A DNA stretch of 64,000 bases. It comes from Macrostomum lignano. Lineage: Eukaryota. The notes under the pieces are model-generated. The model was not told the DNA's origin and did no database searches. It saw only the letters and a program-made list of their open reading frames with translations. Shown here one piece after another: positions 45,820 through 61,138 of the stretch (positions are counted from its first letter, which is position 1; each line of letters opens with the position of its first letter). Location: assembly GCA_002269645.1 (NCBI GenBank), contig NIVC01002128.1, forward strand, positions 62,001 to 126,000, read 5' to 3'. Position numbers and translations under genes: made by a program.

Positions 45820-47641
45820 ATGCTTTACTCTACAAAACTGTCGCAGGATATGTTGATATTAATTTTCTTCACTCTCCTAACTGCATTCGGTAAGAATCCT
45901 GCAAAAAAACTAACGACTTTCAATGAGTTTTAACAGGTTTTAGTATATTCGATAATATTAGTCATTTGAGCTATTCTGACTAATCTTATAATAAATATGA
46001 GATCAAAATTAATGCATCTCAGGCAATGTCGAAGCAGCGAACTGCTCAACAGTCACCTGCTACAACGGCGGCACCTGCAACAACTTCACAGACAGCCCGC
46101 CCTGCCTCTGCCCGCTGCCCTACATCGCACCTTACTGCTCAGCTGCTGCAGACTACTGCTTCACACTGCAGCCTGACAAGGGCATCACTGAGCTGCCTGT
46201 GTGCCTGAATAACGGCACCTGCACTCTGGCCTACACCGATCCGTACTTTACCTGCAACTGTTCCGATGGCTACGAAGGTAAAATCAAGCCGATACTGTTT
46301 GATCAAAAAAAGTTAGGCTTCTACTTGCTTCTTCGACGTTTACTAGAATATATGGATAGTTAGTATATGGGGCTGAGTGAATGGAGCTTACAGATCTGTA
46401 CTTTAACAGTACATGACCAAATGTTTGCATAGTTTTGTCATAAGTTAGGAGGCAGAGTGGAGTGTGCACCCTGACGCACTTTAGGCGACATTGTCACACA
46501 ACCAACGAGAGGCATTACTGCTGATATCACCGACTCCCCTGAGCAGGCATACAAGCGCGCGGATACGTACGCAGTCATAAACAAGCACACACTCACACAA
46601 GAGTGCACAGCGGCCCTAATTTTATTTATCGTTAGGCATGTACACTTCATTGTGCTTTGGGGGTTGGGCCTCAAGAGCGATTCCCGATCCCACTGGAACA
46701 ATTTGTGTCCTTGAGCAAGACACTTAACTCTACATTGCTTCAGTTCCCCAGCTGTAAAATGGGTACCAGCATTTATTAACTGGTTTAATTGAGGGTGTGT
46801 GTGGCGACCCCCAAGTCCTTGGGCTGAACAGCCGTACGCAGCCTTCAGATGCGCCGCGCAATAGCTGCGGCTGAGCTGTCGGTTGCGCATCTGCCTATCG
46901 GGGCAGGTGTAATTAATTATTAGTATTATTATTATTACTAAGGTATAACATGCATTGCGCTTTAATATGTTTAGATACTCTCAAACTTCACAATCAGTTT
47001 TACAAGCCGTATTCACTAATATTCTAGGCTTTCGATGCAACGAGAGACACAAAGAAGACGACAGTAAGTGTCCCGATGAAAGTCAAATTAAAAAAATCTT
47101 CTATTGTGGCAAAAATAATAGCTACCGTTTTATTGTAATTTCAGCACTTGAATTTTCCGAGGCTTCCGTCACTGTAGGCGTCGCAGCTGCTGGCGGCACG
47201 GTCGGAGGCGTATGTATAATAGTAATCATTGTAGTAGTTTGCAAACGCAAAACAATTTGCAAGAAGCAGTCGGAAGCTCCAAGTAGCACAACAGTTACGG
47301 ATGAAACTGCCGATTCGACAACAAAATCTCACTGTCCGAGTACAGGAGCCGAAATTATTGATGAAACTGAAAATAAATATCAGCCGAATGACAACTCAAA
47401 AGCTGTCGAACTTAACAGCCAAGCAACCAATGGCACATCTCTCGGTGACACGGAAGTTGGTGGCAGCCCAGGTGGCAGAATTCCTGTGTCCGAGGAAAAC
47501 AATCCGCCAGATGCGGAAGCTGTCTACGCAGTGGTCCAGAAGAAAGCGAAAATACCTGAGTCCGAGAAAAACAATCAGCCAGATGCGGAAGCTGTCTACG
47601 CAATGCCCCAGAAGAGAGCGAAAACACCCTATGTCTTCTAA
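45820..47641 (+). CDS. EGF-EGF type-I membrane protein, array gene 2 (short stalk, long tail with duplicated EAVYA motif)
   Basis: Exons 45820-45889 (signal), 46023-46277 (EGF pair), 47028-47063 (GFRCNE), 47145-47641 (TM VGVAAAGGTVGGVCIIVIIVVVC-KRK; tail ...DAEAVYAVVQK...DAEAVYAMPQK...YVF*). Confidence 0.87.
46460..46655. repeat. Dispersed about 200-bp repeat (other copies about 55330-55530 +, about 62200-62320 -)
   Basis: Shared blocks CAAGCGCGC..ATAC.GTACGCAG.CA and TT.TAATCGT.AGGCATGTACAC. Confidence 0.55.
46655..46939 (+). mobile_element. tRNA-derived SINE, 5'-truncated, in an intron of array gene 2
   Basis: Core GTGTCCTTGAGCAAGACACTTAAC...CCCAGCTGTAAAATGGGTACC, an (ATT)n tail, and homology to the 63132-63465 copy. 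Confidence 0.7.
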
Positions 47642-49519
47642 CTTATTCAACTACTTACATATTGTCTTACGGATTACATCCTGCATACGTTGTTATTCTT
47701 GCTTGTAACGGTACACTTTCTTCTTCTCTCCGGTCTGAACTAAAAGAAGTAAAAATTTAGTAAAATTATTATTTACTATCGGTTTTTAAGGTTTTATTTT
47801 TGACCGAACGTCACATATGAAGTTTTTTAGTTGAAAATCGCTTCACATTGAACTCTTTGTAAATAATTGACTCATTTTTTATTCCAATTAATGAAAAAGT
47901 TTTTCATTTTTTGAATAATTTTCCATATTATAACAAATGTCCTGTGATATATTCAATTTATTTTAATCGCTACCCTACATGTATACAAGGACCACTAGGA
48001 ACACTTCGTTCTAGATAGTCTAGTAGTCCTTGCATTTGACTATAATTAGTAGAAGAACAATAAATGTTACCCGTAACTTATCTAACACCGTAACTTTTTG
48101 TTTCATAATTAATCTAGTATGTACCGATGACATCATGACTCTGTATATGTTCCATGATATATGATTCGACACCAATATACTGATCGAATCAAAGCTGTTG
48201 TTGGTATGACGTCTTGAACTCACTAAAGAGACAGCGCACCTGCTCAAAAGTGTGGCTACAGATCCTTCGTGCCGGGTCTGTTATAGGAGGTTGTTGCACG
48301 GCGCTTGGCTTTTAAACCCCCAAGTTGTGCTTTATTAGCGATTTCGCTTAACTGCTCAAGTTGTATTCTCGTATTTCTTGTATTTCTCACAACTTTTAAC
48401 TCCTGATGCAAAATATACTACTCGTCGTGCCAGGTGGCTTATTCCTTGTAGTCGCTGTCCTTCACGTTCTGTTGTTTCTGTCTTCGTCACCTCATCTAAC
48501 CTCTAAATGAAGCATTTTTCGTGACAGAGTCCTGGACAGACTAATCATGGCGTTAAATTCGAGTCTCAGCTCGAAGGAAGTCTCGAGAAACAATGAAAAA
48601 CGATTCAAAGATTACAAAGAAGATGAAAGGGTCATGTTGCAATAATATGCCTGCCAGATTGCTTGAAATTATTTGCTTCTTCTTTCAAGAACTTCTTTGT
48701 TTTGAGTGCTTTGGAAAGGATTTTACATCATGATTAAAAATTAATTCATAAACTTGACTTAATTCTCAGTATATCAGCACTGGACCTCCGAATTCTAAAC
48801 AAAACAGGCATGTTTCCCGCTCGAAGTGCACAAGTTCCCGCGAAATTCAACTGCTGCTGTCTCTTCAGTGTACTTTTAGTTGCTTTGCAAAACATCAAAT
48901 CCTTGCGAACTCCTTTTAGAAAACACGAATGTTTAATAATAATATTTCAAACATTTTCTCGACAAAATTGTAACAACACGCATGCTTTATTCATTTAGTC
49001 GAAAGTCCAGACAGTGAGACAGTGAAAGTTAGCTCGTAGCTTCGTAGTACGAAAATTTGAAAACTTCCTATCTCGCTAATGTATTTTGCAGGAGTTTAAC
49101 GAACTTCAGGTTTGTTATCCATGCTCTGCCACTAAGAGCTGAGTTCTACTTATTATTCACGAGTTCGGCATCTTTTTAGTAGCTGAGTTGGCAAAACTAT
49201 GCTTGCGTACAAAGTACTGCATTCTGTTCGACTGAAAACCCAGACCGAGCCCTAGCCTTGCGGATTTGTGTCTCGAGTAAAAGCGAGAATGTGTGCACCC
49301 AGCCCTACTTATGAGATTCTTATCCTGGTATTTCAACTCTGCACCTGCCATTGTGCCAGCCAACTAGGCTATGCGCTCGTTAAAGAATACAAAAATGGTA
49401 GCCATTTTCTGCAGTTCGTGCAATGCAATTTTCCTACTCAAAAAGAGAATGTAAGCAAGACCTGGCTATTTGCCAGCTACTTATATTTTTGCTGCGCGAA
49501 GGCTCATACTAGATTAACA

Positions 49520-52178
49520 ATGGCTGCGGCAAAACTCTGCATAGCACTGACCGTCATGTTGACTTTCTGCTCAAGTGAGGCCTTTTGAAAAAACTTTCTG
49601 ATCACTCTTTTGGCATTCCACTTTAATAGACAAGTAAAACCCTATTCAACTGATTGCAGCAGCATCACAAGCTGCCAACTGCTCAGCAATCACCTGCTTC
49701 AACGGCGGCACCTGCAACAACTTCACAGACAGCCCGCCCTGCCTCTGCCCGCTGCCCTACATCGCACCGTACTGCGAATCAGCAGCAGACTACTGCTTCA
49801 CCCTGCAGCCTGACAAGGGCATCACTGAGCTGCCTGTGTGCCTGAATGGCGGCAACTGCACTCTGACCTATACTGATCCCTATTTCAATTGCACCTGCCC
49901 ACCTGAGTCCACAGGTTCGGTTGAAATATTTTGTATCGAGAAACATTACATATGCTTTTCTATCTTACTTGTACACTGGATTACACCTTTAGCTGCTCAT
50001 GTAGTTTTGAGTATGACCAAAACGAGTTTCGGTCATACTCTGTACGTGAACTCGAAATCAAAGCATTAAAATATATACGGCTCGTAATTTCATATTTACG
50101 GTTTTCAGATCCGCGCTGTGAAATTGATAATTCAACAATTGAAACAACAATTGACACAGAAACAGCGACTAACCCATACACGGGCACAGTAGCTGCTGGA
50201 GACTCAGCTAATGAGACATCATCATCTTTATCAGCAACAACAGAAGCCTCAACGAGCGATATTTTAACACCTGCTGAAACAACATCTGATTATCAAACAC
50301 CTGGTGCAGCAACACCTGATGCAACAACAGCTTTTCTAGGAACATCTGATGCCTCAACATCTGATGATTCAACACCTGGTGAAATAGCAACTGCTCCATC
50401 AACACCTGATGCACTAACACCTGTTTCACCAACACTTGATCTCGCGACAACTTTTGCTTTGACGCCTGGTACAACAAAACCTGATGATTCAACACCTAGT
50501 GCAACAACACTTGATGATTCAGCATCTGGTCCAACAACACTTGCTGATTCAACACCTGGTGCAACAACACCTGATGTTTTAACACCTGGTGCAACAGCAG
50601 CTGATGTTTCAACACCTGGTGCAACAGCACCTGATGTTTCAACACCTGGTCCAACAGCAGCTGATGCAACAACTGATGCAACAGCAGCTTCAACAACACC
50701 TGATGCAACAACTGATGCAACAGCAGCTTCAACAACACCTGATGCAACAACTGATCCAACAGCTGCTTCAACAACACCTGATGCAACAACTGATGCAACA
50801 GCAGCTTCAACAACACCTGATGCAACAACTGATCCAACAGCTGCTTTAACAACACCTGATGCAACAACTGATGCAACAGCTGCTTTAACAACACCTGATG
50901 CAACAACTGATGCAACAGCAGCTTCAACAACACCTGATGCAACAACTGATCCAACAGCTGCTTCAACAACACCTGATGCAACTACATCTGCTCTAGCAAC
51001 TCCTGCTCAGTCTGCATCTACTGCCCTGCCAACTGTTTCAGCAACGACAGAATCAGCCACAGATTTTTCATCGATACCGACTCAATTAAAATCAACCACC
51101 GTAGAGTCACCTGTGTATAGCACCGCTTCAACGGTTCAAGCAGTTTCGACGTCTCCAGTGATTTCTTCAACACTTGCATCTACAAGCGAGAGTTCTGAAA
51201 TGCCGACTCTTTCCCCAGCGACTGCGGCATCGACAGCATCAATCGCGAATTCTTATACAACACCGGTTCCACTGACAGACCTTACATCACATTCAACGAC
51301 AGTAGTGAAAGATTCAACAACAGCCCCTCCGACTTCAACAGCAACCACGGTGCCGTCAGTTAGCACCGAGTCAATGCCTCCAGTAGTTGAGTTAACATCG
51401 TCGTGGTCAGAAGCGACGACTAAATCAACAATTACTAGTTCTACAAGTGATTCGCCTACTTCAAAAGTTGTCATGTCAACTGCCAGGCCAAGAAGTAAGT
51501 CGTTCAACAGATGTATGATGCTGATACTGGCATAAAGTTAGGGGAAATAGTGCCTAAATCAAACCCAGTTTATTTCGTGACATTTCTTGCCTGCAGCCGA
51601 TTCGTTTGGTAATGAAAGGATTTTTATATGCTACTACAGTTTTTCCTCCCTGTTGAAATCGGTTAGATAGAACTGGGGGTTCTGTATCAAACTATCTAGC
51701 TGGCATTTATGCTTATTATTAAAAGACATTTAGGATTTTTAACGGGTTAAATGATGGAGTATAACGTATTATTATGGTACACTGTACTTGTCACGTTGTC
51801 AAACTGTCATGAGAGACAATCGTCCCCCCTAGTAGTTCAGATGACGCTCAGCGCTGAATAATAATTCCAAACTCACACTTCTCTAGGCATCAAAGCATCA
51901 ACCATGAGGGAGGACGTCGGGCTGATGATTGTCAGCGTTTTTCTTCCGTTAGTGTTGGTGACGGTCACCCTGTTTATCGCTGCGATATACAATTTTGTGT
52001 CAATGAATAGTTCCACGGCTCCACGGCAGCCCAGGGTAATTTATATTATGGTAAATATATATTTCTCTTTTTGGTTCAAGAACTAACTTTTTTCTAATTT
52101 TGCTTTCAGATTCAAGAGAACATGCCATGGTCACACTACGTATATGGAAGTCCGAGCAGCTCATCGCAACTTTATTAG
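49520..52178 (+). CDS. EGF-EGF mucin-stalk type-I membrane protein, array gene 3
   Basis: Exons 49520-49574 (MAAAKLCIALTVMLTFCS), 49660-49914 (EGF pair), 50109-51494 (462-codon Thr/Ser/Pro/Ala-rich exon with 10-aa and 13-aa repeats), 51887-52035 (TM VGLMIVSVFLPLVLVTVTLFIAAIY), 52110-52178 (...SSQLY*). Confidence 0.88.
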
Positions 52179-52769
52179 TAATCCACTTTTGATGACAACG
52201 TGGTGAAGACTGCTACAATACGCTAGCAACACATGTTTCCTATTCAAAATTTGTCTAGATTGTTTTTCTATAATTTACTATGCATAGATTCGCCTTCATA
52301 AAATAAAATAAAATAAATACACAGTTTGGTATTTTATCCATGATATTCTCTGCTTTATCTGTAAACCCTGGTGTATTACAAGCAACCCCCCTAACTCAGC
52401 TCTAGCGACTAGCGCATATATGTACACTTGCAACTCACTACAATAGTAATCTTAATAGAAACCAATTAGCTCATTAAACTACCCATTCGTATGTTCGCGA
52501 CATCAAGGACTTTTTCAAGACTCCCCAGGAAACCCTGCGTCACCTGTAGTACCGAAATTTGTGCCATGGTGGCTCCAAGCATAGAAACGCTGAATGATAA
52601 AGATGGTATCCAGCTAAACGATTACTTTAATCTCATAAAGATGCTAAGGTAAACGTTTTTCGGAACTTCTAGTAAATGCCGAAGGCAAACAGCAACAAAA
52701 ATACGCAGATAGTTTAGGTATTAAGAAATACTGAAGCAGAATTGTCACGACTTTTAGGCTAGGCTACGA

Positions 52770-53080
52770 CCGAATTCAAGACGCCGGCGCCAGTCTGTCG
52801 GCGTCGGTAGGGTGCCTGCATAATCAGCAGCAGCACCTTACGCACCGGATGTGGGCAGTACAATTCAGCGCGGATGATGTGCCCTGCCAGCTTGAATTAC
52901 TGGAAAGCACAAAATGTCACTTTGAACGGACCAGGCCGGCGGGGTGATGGAATGGCGCAAAAGTATCTCGCTCATCGCCGATCATGTAAGCAGATCCAGG
53001 TCCGTCAGTGTCAACATCTTGGCTTTGTAGAGCAGTAGGGTATCGACCACCGACCTCTGGCGGTTGGGTAGGAGCTCCAC
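52770..53080 (-). mobile_element. Third fragment of the same non-LTR family (C-terminal region)
   Basis: The minus strand reads KLAGHIIRAELYCPHPVRKVLLLIMQAPYRRRQ, matching AGHLICAESYCPQPVEEVLLLTLHAPYRRGQ at about 35600-35690. Confidence 0.65.
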
Positions 53081-53779
53081 AACTACCATAGAGAAGAGAA
53101 GCAATTTTTAGAGTTGCCACCGAGGTAAAGTTTCGAACCGATGTAGATTTCAAAGAAAAAGCTCTGGTACGCATTGCAACAGACAAAAAATGATAGTTCC
53201 ACCCCAGCACGCTGCATTATACTCATACTTGCAAATACCAGATATACATTTGCTAAGGTGAGTCCATTTATGGCCAAAATCAATTTTCTAGACTGTATCA
53301 TAACAGTAAAATTCATGCCAGTGACTTTCGAGCTGAAAAGGTTTTAAGTTTTTGTTGGGGGGGGGGTCTCGCGGTCAGAGAAATTTAGTGAGCATCAAAG
53401 AGAAAGAAGTTTCCGAAGCAAAATCGTGGAGACGCAGATGAATTCGCAAGAGCACAATGATGTTCTCGAGAAAAAATGTAACTCGCGTACATTTTAATAC
53501 GGCAAGCATCGCTATACATTCCTGCTGCATATTCGTCCATTTTTTTCGTCTTTTTGCAATTGTATTCATAGAAAAAACAGTCTGCAGCTCAGATATACGG
53601 TATGCTCATAAAGAGCTTGCTCACACAGAAAAACTGTTTCATTTTGGGTTGAGCGAAAGTGCGACAGTCTACAAGCTCGCAGGTACTGCATACTCGTAGT
53701 TCAAGAAGAATAAAATTACATTACAGGGATTCGCACCATTTTTATCTGAGCTTAAGCCGTCTTTTCCAAAGAATTGAAA

Positions 53780-54789
53780 ATGACAGCACTGCAGTTAATT
53801 CGCATTGCCGGCAGTCTGCATGTTTTATCATCTTTTGCAATTGGTAAGTTAAGCCAAGCAGCTTCTTCATAATACTTCTTTGCAGAATAAAACAATCGAA
53901 TTCTTGAATTTCACTTCTTTCACATTCGTAGAAAAGCATTGCTGCAACTAACTGAATTTTCACAGTTACTGTGTGATAAAAGCTTGCCAAAAAATGAAGA
54001 TGATAAAATTTGCAGCACCAACTCAGGCTGCGAACTGCTCAACTGTCACCTGCGACAACGGCGGCACCTGCAACAACTTTACAGTCAGCCCGCCCTGCCT
54101 CTGCCCGCTGCCCTACATCGCACCATACTGCCGATCTGCTGCAGACTACTGCTTCACCCTGCAGCCTGACAAGGGCATCACAGAGCTGCCTGTGTGCCTG
54201 AATGACGGCAACTGCACTCTGACTTACACCGATCCGTACTTTAACTGCAGCTGCCCTACCGGTTATACTGGTAAAACTTTTTTTAAATATTTTCATATTG
54301 CAAAATTCGGTTAATGCACAAAATCTCCATTAAAAATTTCTTTAAACTTTTTCACCTCTTACTAAGGCACTAGATGTAGTGATAAAGTTTGGAATGCAGA
54401 ATCCAACGATCCAACGAATCCAACCTACTGCCTCTACGATTGCGGTAATCAATTGTGCCATAAAATAAAAAATTTTTGCCATTTTCAATTTTTTAAAGTT
54501 GAAAAGCTCATGTCATGCTCCTTATTCTTAATCTCCTCAAGACAGCGGCCTGACTACAACCAGTAAGGTAGTGATTGGTGTGTGCGCACCTGTTCTGTTC
54601 ATCATCATCGGCAGCTTTTTTCTCTATATGTACCCAGCCGGAAGAACTGAGGTGAGTTTTGAGAATGAAAATTTGCGATTGTCTTTTTCTTCCATTTATT
54701 AGCTAGCATCGTCTCACCTCTTACTGTTACAGAAGGTTACAGACCCTAAAGGGGAACAGAACGCAAAGTCACGCGGCTGCGGGTGCTGA
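53780..54789 (+). CDS. EGF-EGF type-I membrane protein, array gene 4 (compact; tail ends in GCGC*)
   Basis: Exons 53780-53843 (signal), 54016-54270 (EGF pair), 54367-54444 (GTRC...YCLYDC), 54542-54651 (TM VVIGVCAPVLFIIIGSFFLYMY), 54733-54789 (KVTDPKGEQNAKSRGCGC*). Phases are consistent. Confidence 0.8.
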
Positions 54790-56093
54790 TGCTGCTGGCG
54801 CTGCTTCAGCTGAAAAATCAGTAAAACTCTGTCGCGATTGACTTTATGAGGATTTTGAGTTTTTTAAAAATAATGTAATGCAATCGAAGTACTGCACAGA
54901 GTACTCAGTCTGGCTTGGCGAACCCGTGAGGCAGGGTCGACCGTGGACAAAATCAATAAACGGTCTCCTCTTTCTGACTTTGATTTTACTGTCGCTAAAA
55001 AGCCCTTCGGACTGATTTCTTACCTGAATTTTCTTTAGAATTAACGTCTCAGAAACAACGCGACTGCTTTTCTTTAAAGCAAATGCAAGCATTGAGTAGT
55101 TGGTAAAGAACAGACCATTTTGGCAAGAGTTTCTAAGGCAGTTAAAATCACGAGCCTATCCATTTTAAATGTGCATACGGTATATAAATGAAAACTTAAA
55201 AAATCTGAGGTATTGTACTTGAATCACTCTTGTAAGTTTCTACAGCAGTTATTTTAATCCAGTCTTAACCAGACTACAATATCGATGGAAATTAATCGAA
55301 ACCAAGAGACCCAATGACGCGTGCATGTTCTAGGTCTGCATTGCTTAAAATTCTGATTGAGGACACCCTTGCCACAAGCAGCATTGAGCCAATTCTGCCC
55401 ACTCCGCTGACTCCTGAGCACATGCAAGCGCGCCAATACTGTACGCAGGCACGCACTCATGCACACATAGGGTGTACACCGGTCCTGACTTTCTAATCGT
55501 CAGGCATGTACACTCTCTGTTTCGTAGTTGGGGGGTCGTCAGACCTGTTTTCCAGTGAGCTGATCAGTCCCCTCCTATACGGCTTGACGATTTCTTAAAA
55601 ATTATTTTTTCCGTAATCCTGTTGGTTACTACTGTCGGTCCGATGCTACCAAGTGTGTCTTTTTTACTAGAGCGTACATGCTATGCCTTTAATTCTGTTT
55701 CTTATTCTGTCTCTCTCTCTCTCCAAGCATCAACGATGCTAAAGTACAGCAGCGCAGCAAAGTAAAGATAAAATAGCCTGTTAGTTTATTGCTCATCCAA
55801 TGCGGAGCCAGCAGATTGTCCATGGAGCAGTATGGAATAACGCTCGGGTTAGGGTAATTTTAAACATAACGCACAATTTTAGAACTGCACGTACAGTGTG
55901 ACTCAGGATGAAGTGTCTATTGACAAAATGTCTATTTTTACAGAAGGATGCCACAATGTAAGAAATAGAGAAAAATAGTAAACGAGATTAGGAAAGAAAG
56001 TAAGGTAGAGTTGGTTGCGAACTTAACGAGCTTCATTTTATAAACAAATTTATAAAAATTATCTACTGTAAAAACTGGTAGTATATGTAAAGC

Positions 56094-57548
<1,455 letters not shown>

Positions 57549-58061
57549 GTTGTTTCAAGCTACACCTGGGCGTATTGGCGTAGAAATTCACGCCAGCAAC
57601 TCTAATAGCAACTTGTTTGATCGACTCTCGGCGATTTACAATAATCTAGTATCAGTACATGATCTACGTTCGTATTACCACTTTGCTACTGAGCACACGC
57701 GCTAGATGCTTTGATATTTTTTACCATTTTCTGAAAATCCAAAATATCTCTACAATTCGGCAAGGCATTCTATTTTCATTGCGTCTGATCTCTATTGTTT
57801 TATGTATTGATTCACTACTCAAGCCAGTAAGACATGCGCATTGAATGTTTTCCGTTTTTTCAGAGGATTAACGCCCTAAACTAGATTGTAGCCAATGACC
57901 AAGAGAGATGAACAATCGTGTAGCTACCAGTACACTAAAACAGTACATATAGATATCCGGATTTCATTTTAAGCGATTCCAAATAGCTTGTGTTTCCTGG
58001 TTATAACAATCTTCCTGCGTTTTCAATTGCTATTCTCTGGGCAATACGGGCCAAGTCAGAT

Positions 58062-59412
58062 ATGTCTACTGTTTCCAATGGGACTAAAATATGTCTACTG
58101 TTTCTGTACTTAGCTGGTAAGCATGTTTCTCTGCTGCGATTTTATTCATAAGTACATTTATTCATGCAACCATTCAGCCTTATTTGTAGGACTCTATTTT
58201 CTTACTAATTCATTCGCAGCGCCATCACAAGCTGCGAACTGCTCAACAGTCACCTGCCACAACGGCGGCACCTGCAACAACTACACAGCCAGCCCGCCCT
58301 GCCTCTGCCCGCTGCCCTACATCGCACCGTACTGCGAATCAGCAGCAGACTACTGCTTCACCCTGCAGCCTGACAAGGGCATCAATGAGCTGCCTGTGTG
58401 CCTGAATGACGGCAACTGCACTCTGACCTATACTGATCCCTATTTCAATTGCACCTGCCCACCTGAGTACACAGGTTTGTATTAGTTAGGTTTAAATATC
58501 AGCAAACGTTTCATTCTAACGCAAGTACTTTTTTATGAACGAATTGTTCAGGAAATCGTTGCAACGAAACCGTGACAACCCCTGATGACACTACTTCGAG
58601 TCAATCGACATCAACACCAGAATCGTCTGCTACAACCGGGACAACGGCACCAACGTCGACTGCTACAGCTGGGACATCATCACAGACATCGACTGCTACA
58701 GCTGGGACATCAGCACCGACATCGACTGCTACAGCTGGGACATCATCACAGACATCGACTGCTACAGCTGGGACATCATCACAGACATCGACTGCTACAG
58801 CTGGGACATCATCACCGACATCGACTGCTACAGCTGGGACATCATCACCGACATCGACTGCTACAGCTGGGACATCAGCACAGACATCGACTGCTACAGC
58901 TGGGACATCAGCACAGACATCGACTGCTACAGCTGGGACATCATCACCGACATCGACTGCTACAGCTGGGACATCATCACCGACATCGACTGCTACAGCT
59001 GGGACAACGGCACCAACATCGACTGCTACAACTGAGACTGCACTACCAACAACGACAGAACTAGACTTAGAAAATGCTGCCGACACTGCAACCGGTGGGA
59101 TTACTATTTATGATTTCGAAAAAAATCTTTTCAGTCTTTACGTAGGCCGTAAAGAAAATGTTTTAAAATGCCTTGATCTAACCGTGTTAATGCTGCAGGG
59201 TGTAGGTGGGCTTAAAACGAATAGAGTTGAAAAAATTTATTGGTGCAAATTAAAACTGGTTAGCTCGATTAAGAAATTCCGAACACACCTGAACTTCCTT
59301 AGATTTGTGTCGGCAAACAGTGGCTATCGGTGCGACATTCGTTCTGCTGCTCAGGTTGTACTAGCATTTACTATTTGGAAATGGCAGTTTTGAAATCAGC
59401 TGTTGCTATAAG
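58062..59412 (+). CDS. EGF-EGF mucin-stalk protein, array gene 6 (TM-like exon disrupted)
   Basis: Exons 58062-58116 (MSTVSNGTKICLLFLYLA), 58220-58474 (EGF pair), 58552-59094 (GNRC plus 36-bp TSTATAGTSSPT repeats). A candidate TM exon at 59303-59412 (TVAIGATFVLLL...) has an in-frame TAG at 59362. Confidence 0.75.
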
Positions 59413-60617
59413 GTGAGAAGCGATTTCGCATTTTCTGCGTTTTGTAATCAAGATCTGTTTAATTGGTTGTATCCTCATAAAGTGCAGGTGTTCTGCTTTT
59501 GGGATTTAAAAAATACCACAGATTTAAGAAAACTGATCGAACCATAGATAACATCGATTCTCTTAACATTGAAACAGTTTTGAATTCAAACCCTCTATTT
59601 CAGAGTATCGACATCGGCTGTGATAATTGCCACAAGTTTGATGGGCTGATTGTCAAAGTGGACGGCATCGCTTGGTGTACCAAAGCCTTTAAAGTATCTT
59701 GAGAATGTTTCAGAAAGATGTACCTAAATTAATAAACTTTCAAGTTCTTATCTACTGCATATTTGGGTCTGGATTCGAAATCCAGCATTTTATAGTGCAA
59801 AATTTGTGCGGTAAATTTGATTATGATCTTCTGACCTTTTTAGCCAACTTGTCAGATAAAGTTATGAGTAAGCCTCTAAAATGCTTTTGTCTGTTTACAC
59901 TGTAGACCTAAACTAATTTTGTTGTTTTTCTGCGCTTGTATTCAACTGAATAAACGGATCGCGTTTCTCATTTTAAGTCGAGCACTTTTTTGCATTCGTT
60001 GCTACTTGTTTTGGACAGAAAGTGCAGGATACAAGGCATAGTCACAGAACTGAAATATTTACATGCATTAAACATTATTTCAAATGTTGCATAATTCTAT
60101 GTAGATCTAGAATAGCTCTACTCAGGTATCAATGTTCATTCTCTGGTGTTGTTTCCCGGGATAGATTGGGGCGAATGTGAGCATGAAAAGAAGGAAGTTT
60201 TGGATCAAAGAAGCACTGAGTGCGAAGTGTGCACTGTGGGGAGAGGAGAGAAGAGACGAAGTGAAATGAAGTGTTGGCTGAATGACCAAATGAACGCACC
60301 ATTGAAGTGCAGTGAGAGAGTTGATAAGGGTAAGAAGAAGTCAAGGTAAGAAAGTACACTAGAGAGAAGGAGACAGCTAAGCTGGGAAATAAATCAGTGC
60401 TTCTCAATCAGAATCCTAAAGAAGGATCTTGAAATATTCAATAGCAGTAATTAAAAGAACGCTTGCTTAGCTACCTACTTTTACGTGAAGGATGCTGCTA
60501 ATATCGCAGAATTCCAAATACAAAAGGTTCAGTGTGCGAGTATTCACTGAGAAGGACAACAAGTACGGTTTACACAGTAAAGGATACGTGAGTCACTCTT
60601 TGCGCGGAGAAGCATCA

Positions 60618-61138
60618 ATGATGGCAATGGCTTGCATTCTACTGTCACTAATAGGTGAGTGACAGAGTCCCAGAAATCGTCAACAATAAAGGTTTGCAGG
60701 AAATCTTGTAAGAACTTTAGTTTTTAAACAACCTCGTTTCAGCTCAAACTGAGGCTGTGAACTGCTCAACAGTCACCTGCTACAACGGCGGCACCTGCAA
60801 CAACTTTACAGCCAGCCCGCCCTGCCTCTGCCCGCTGCCCTACATCGCACCGTACTGCGAATCAGCTGCAGACTACTGCTTCACCCTGCAGCCTGACAAG
60901 GGCATCACTGAGCTGCCTGTGTGCCAGAATGGCGGCACCTGCACTCTGGCGTACACCGATCCGTACTTTACCTGTAGCTGTACAGGCCGTTATACAGGTA
61001 ATATATCTGAAACAGTAGCACTTCCTCTGTTTAGTAGAAAATTGGTCTTAAAAATCGATTGAATAAATTCAGGAACCCGTTGCCATTTGGAAACTGCTCG
61101 TCTATCGAACCAAAACTCGACAGCGGTTCCCGGATTAA
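60618..61138 (+). CDS. EGF-EGF protein, array gene 7 (3' exons not identified)
   Basis: Exons 60618-60654 (MMAMACILLSLI), 60743-60997 (EGF pair), 61073-61138 (GTRCHLETARLSNQNSTAVPGL). No convincing downstream TM exon was found. Confidence 0.75.
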
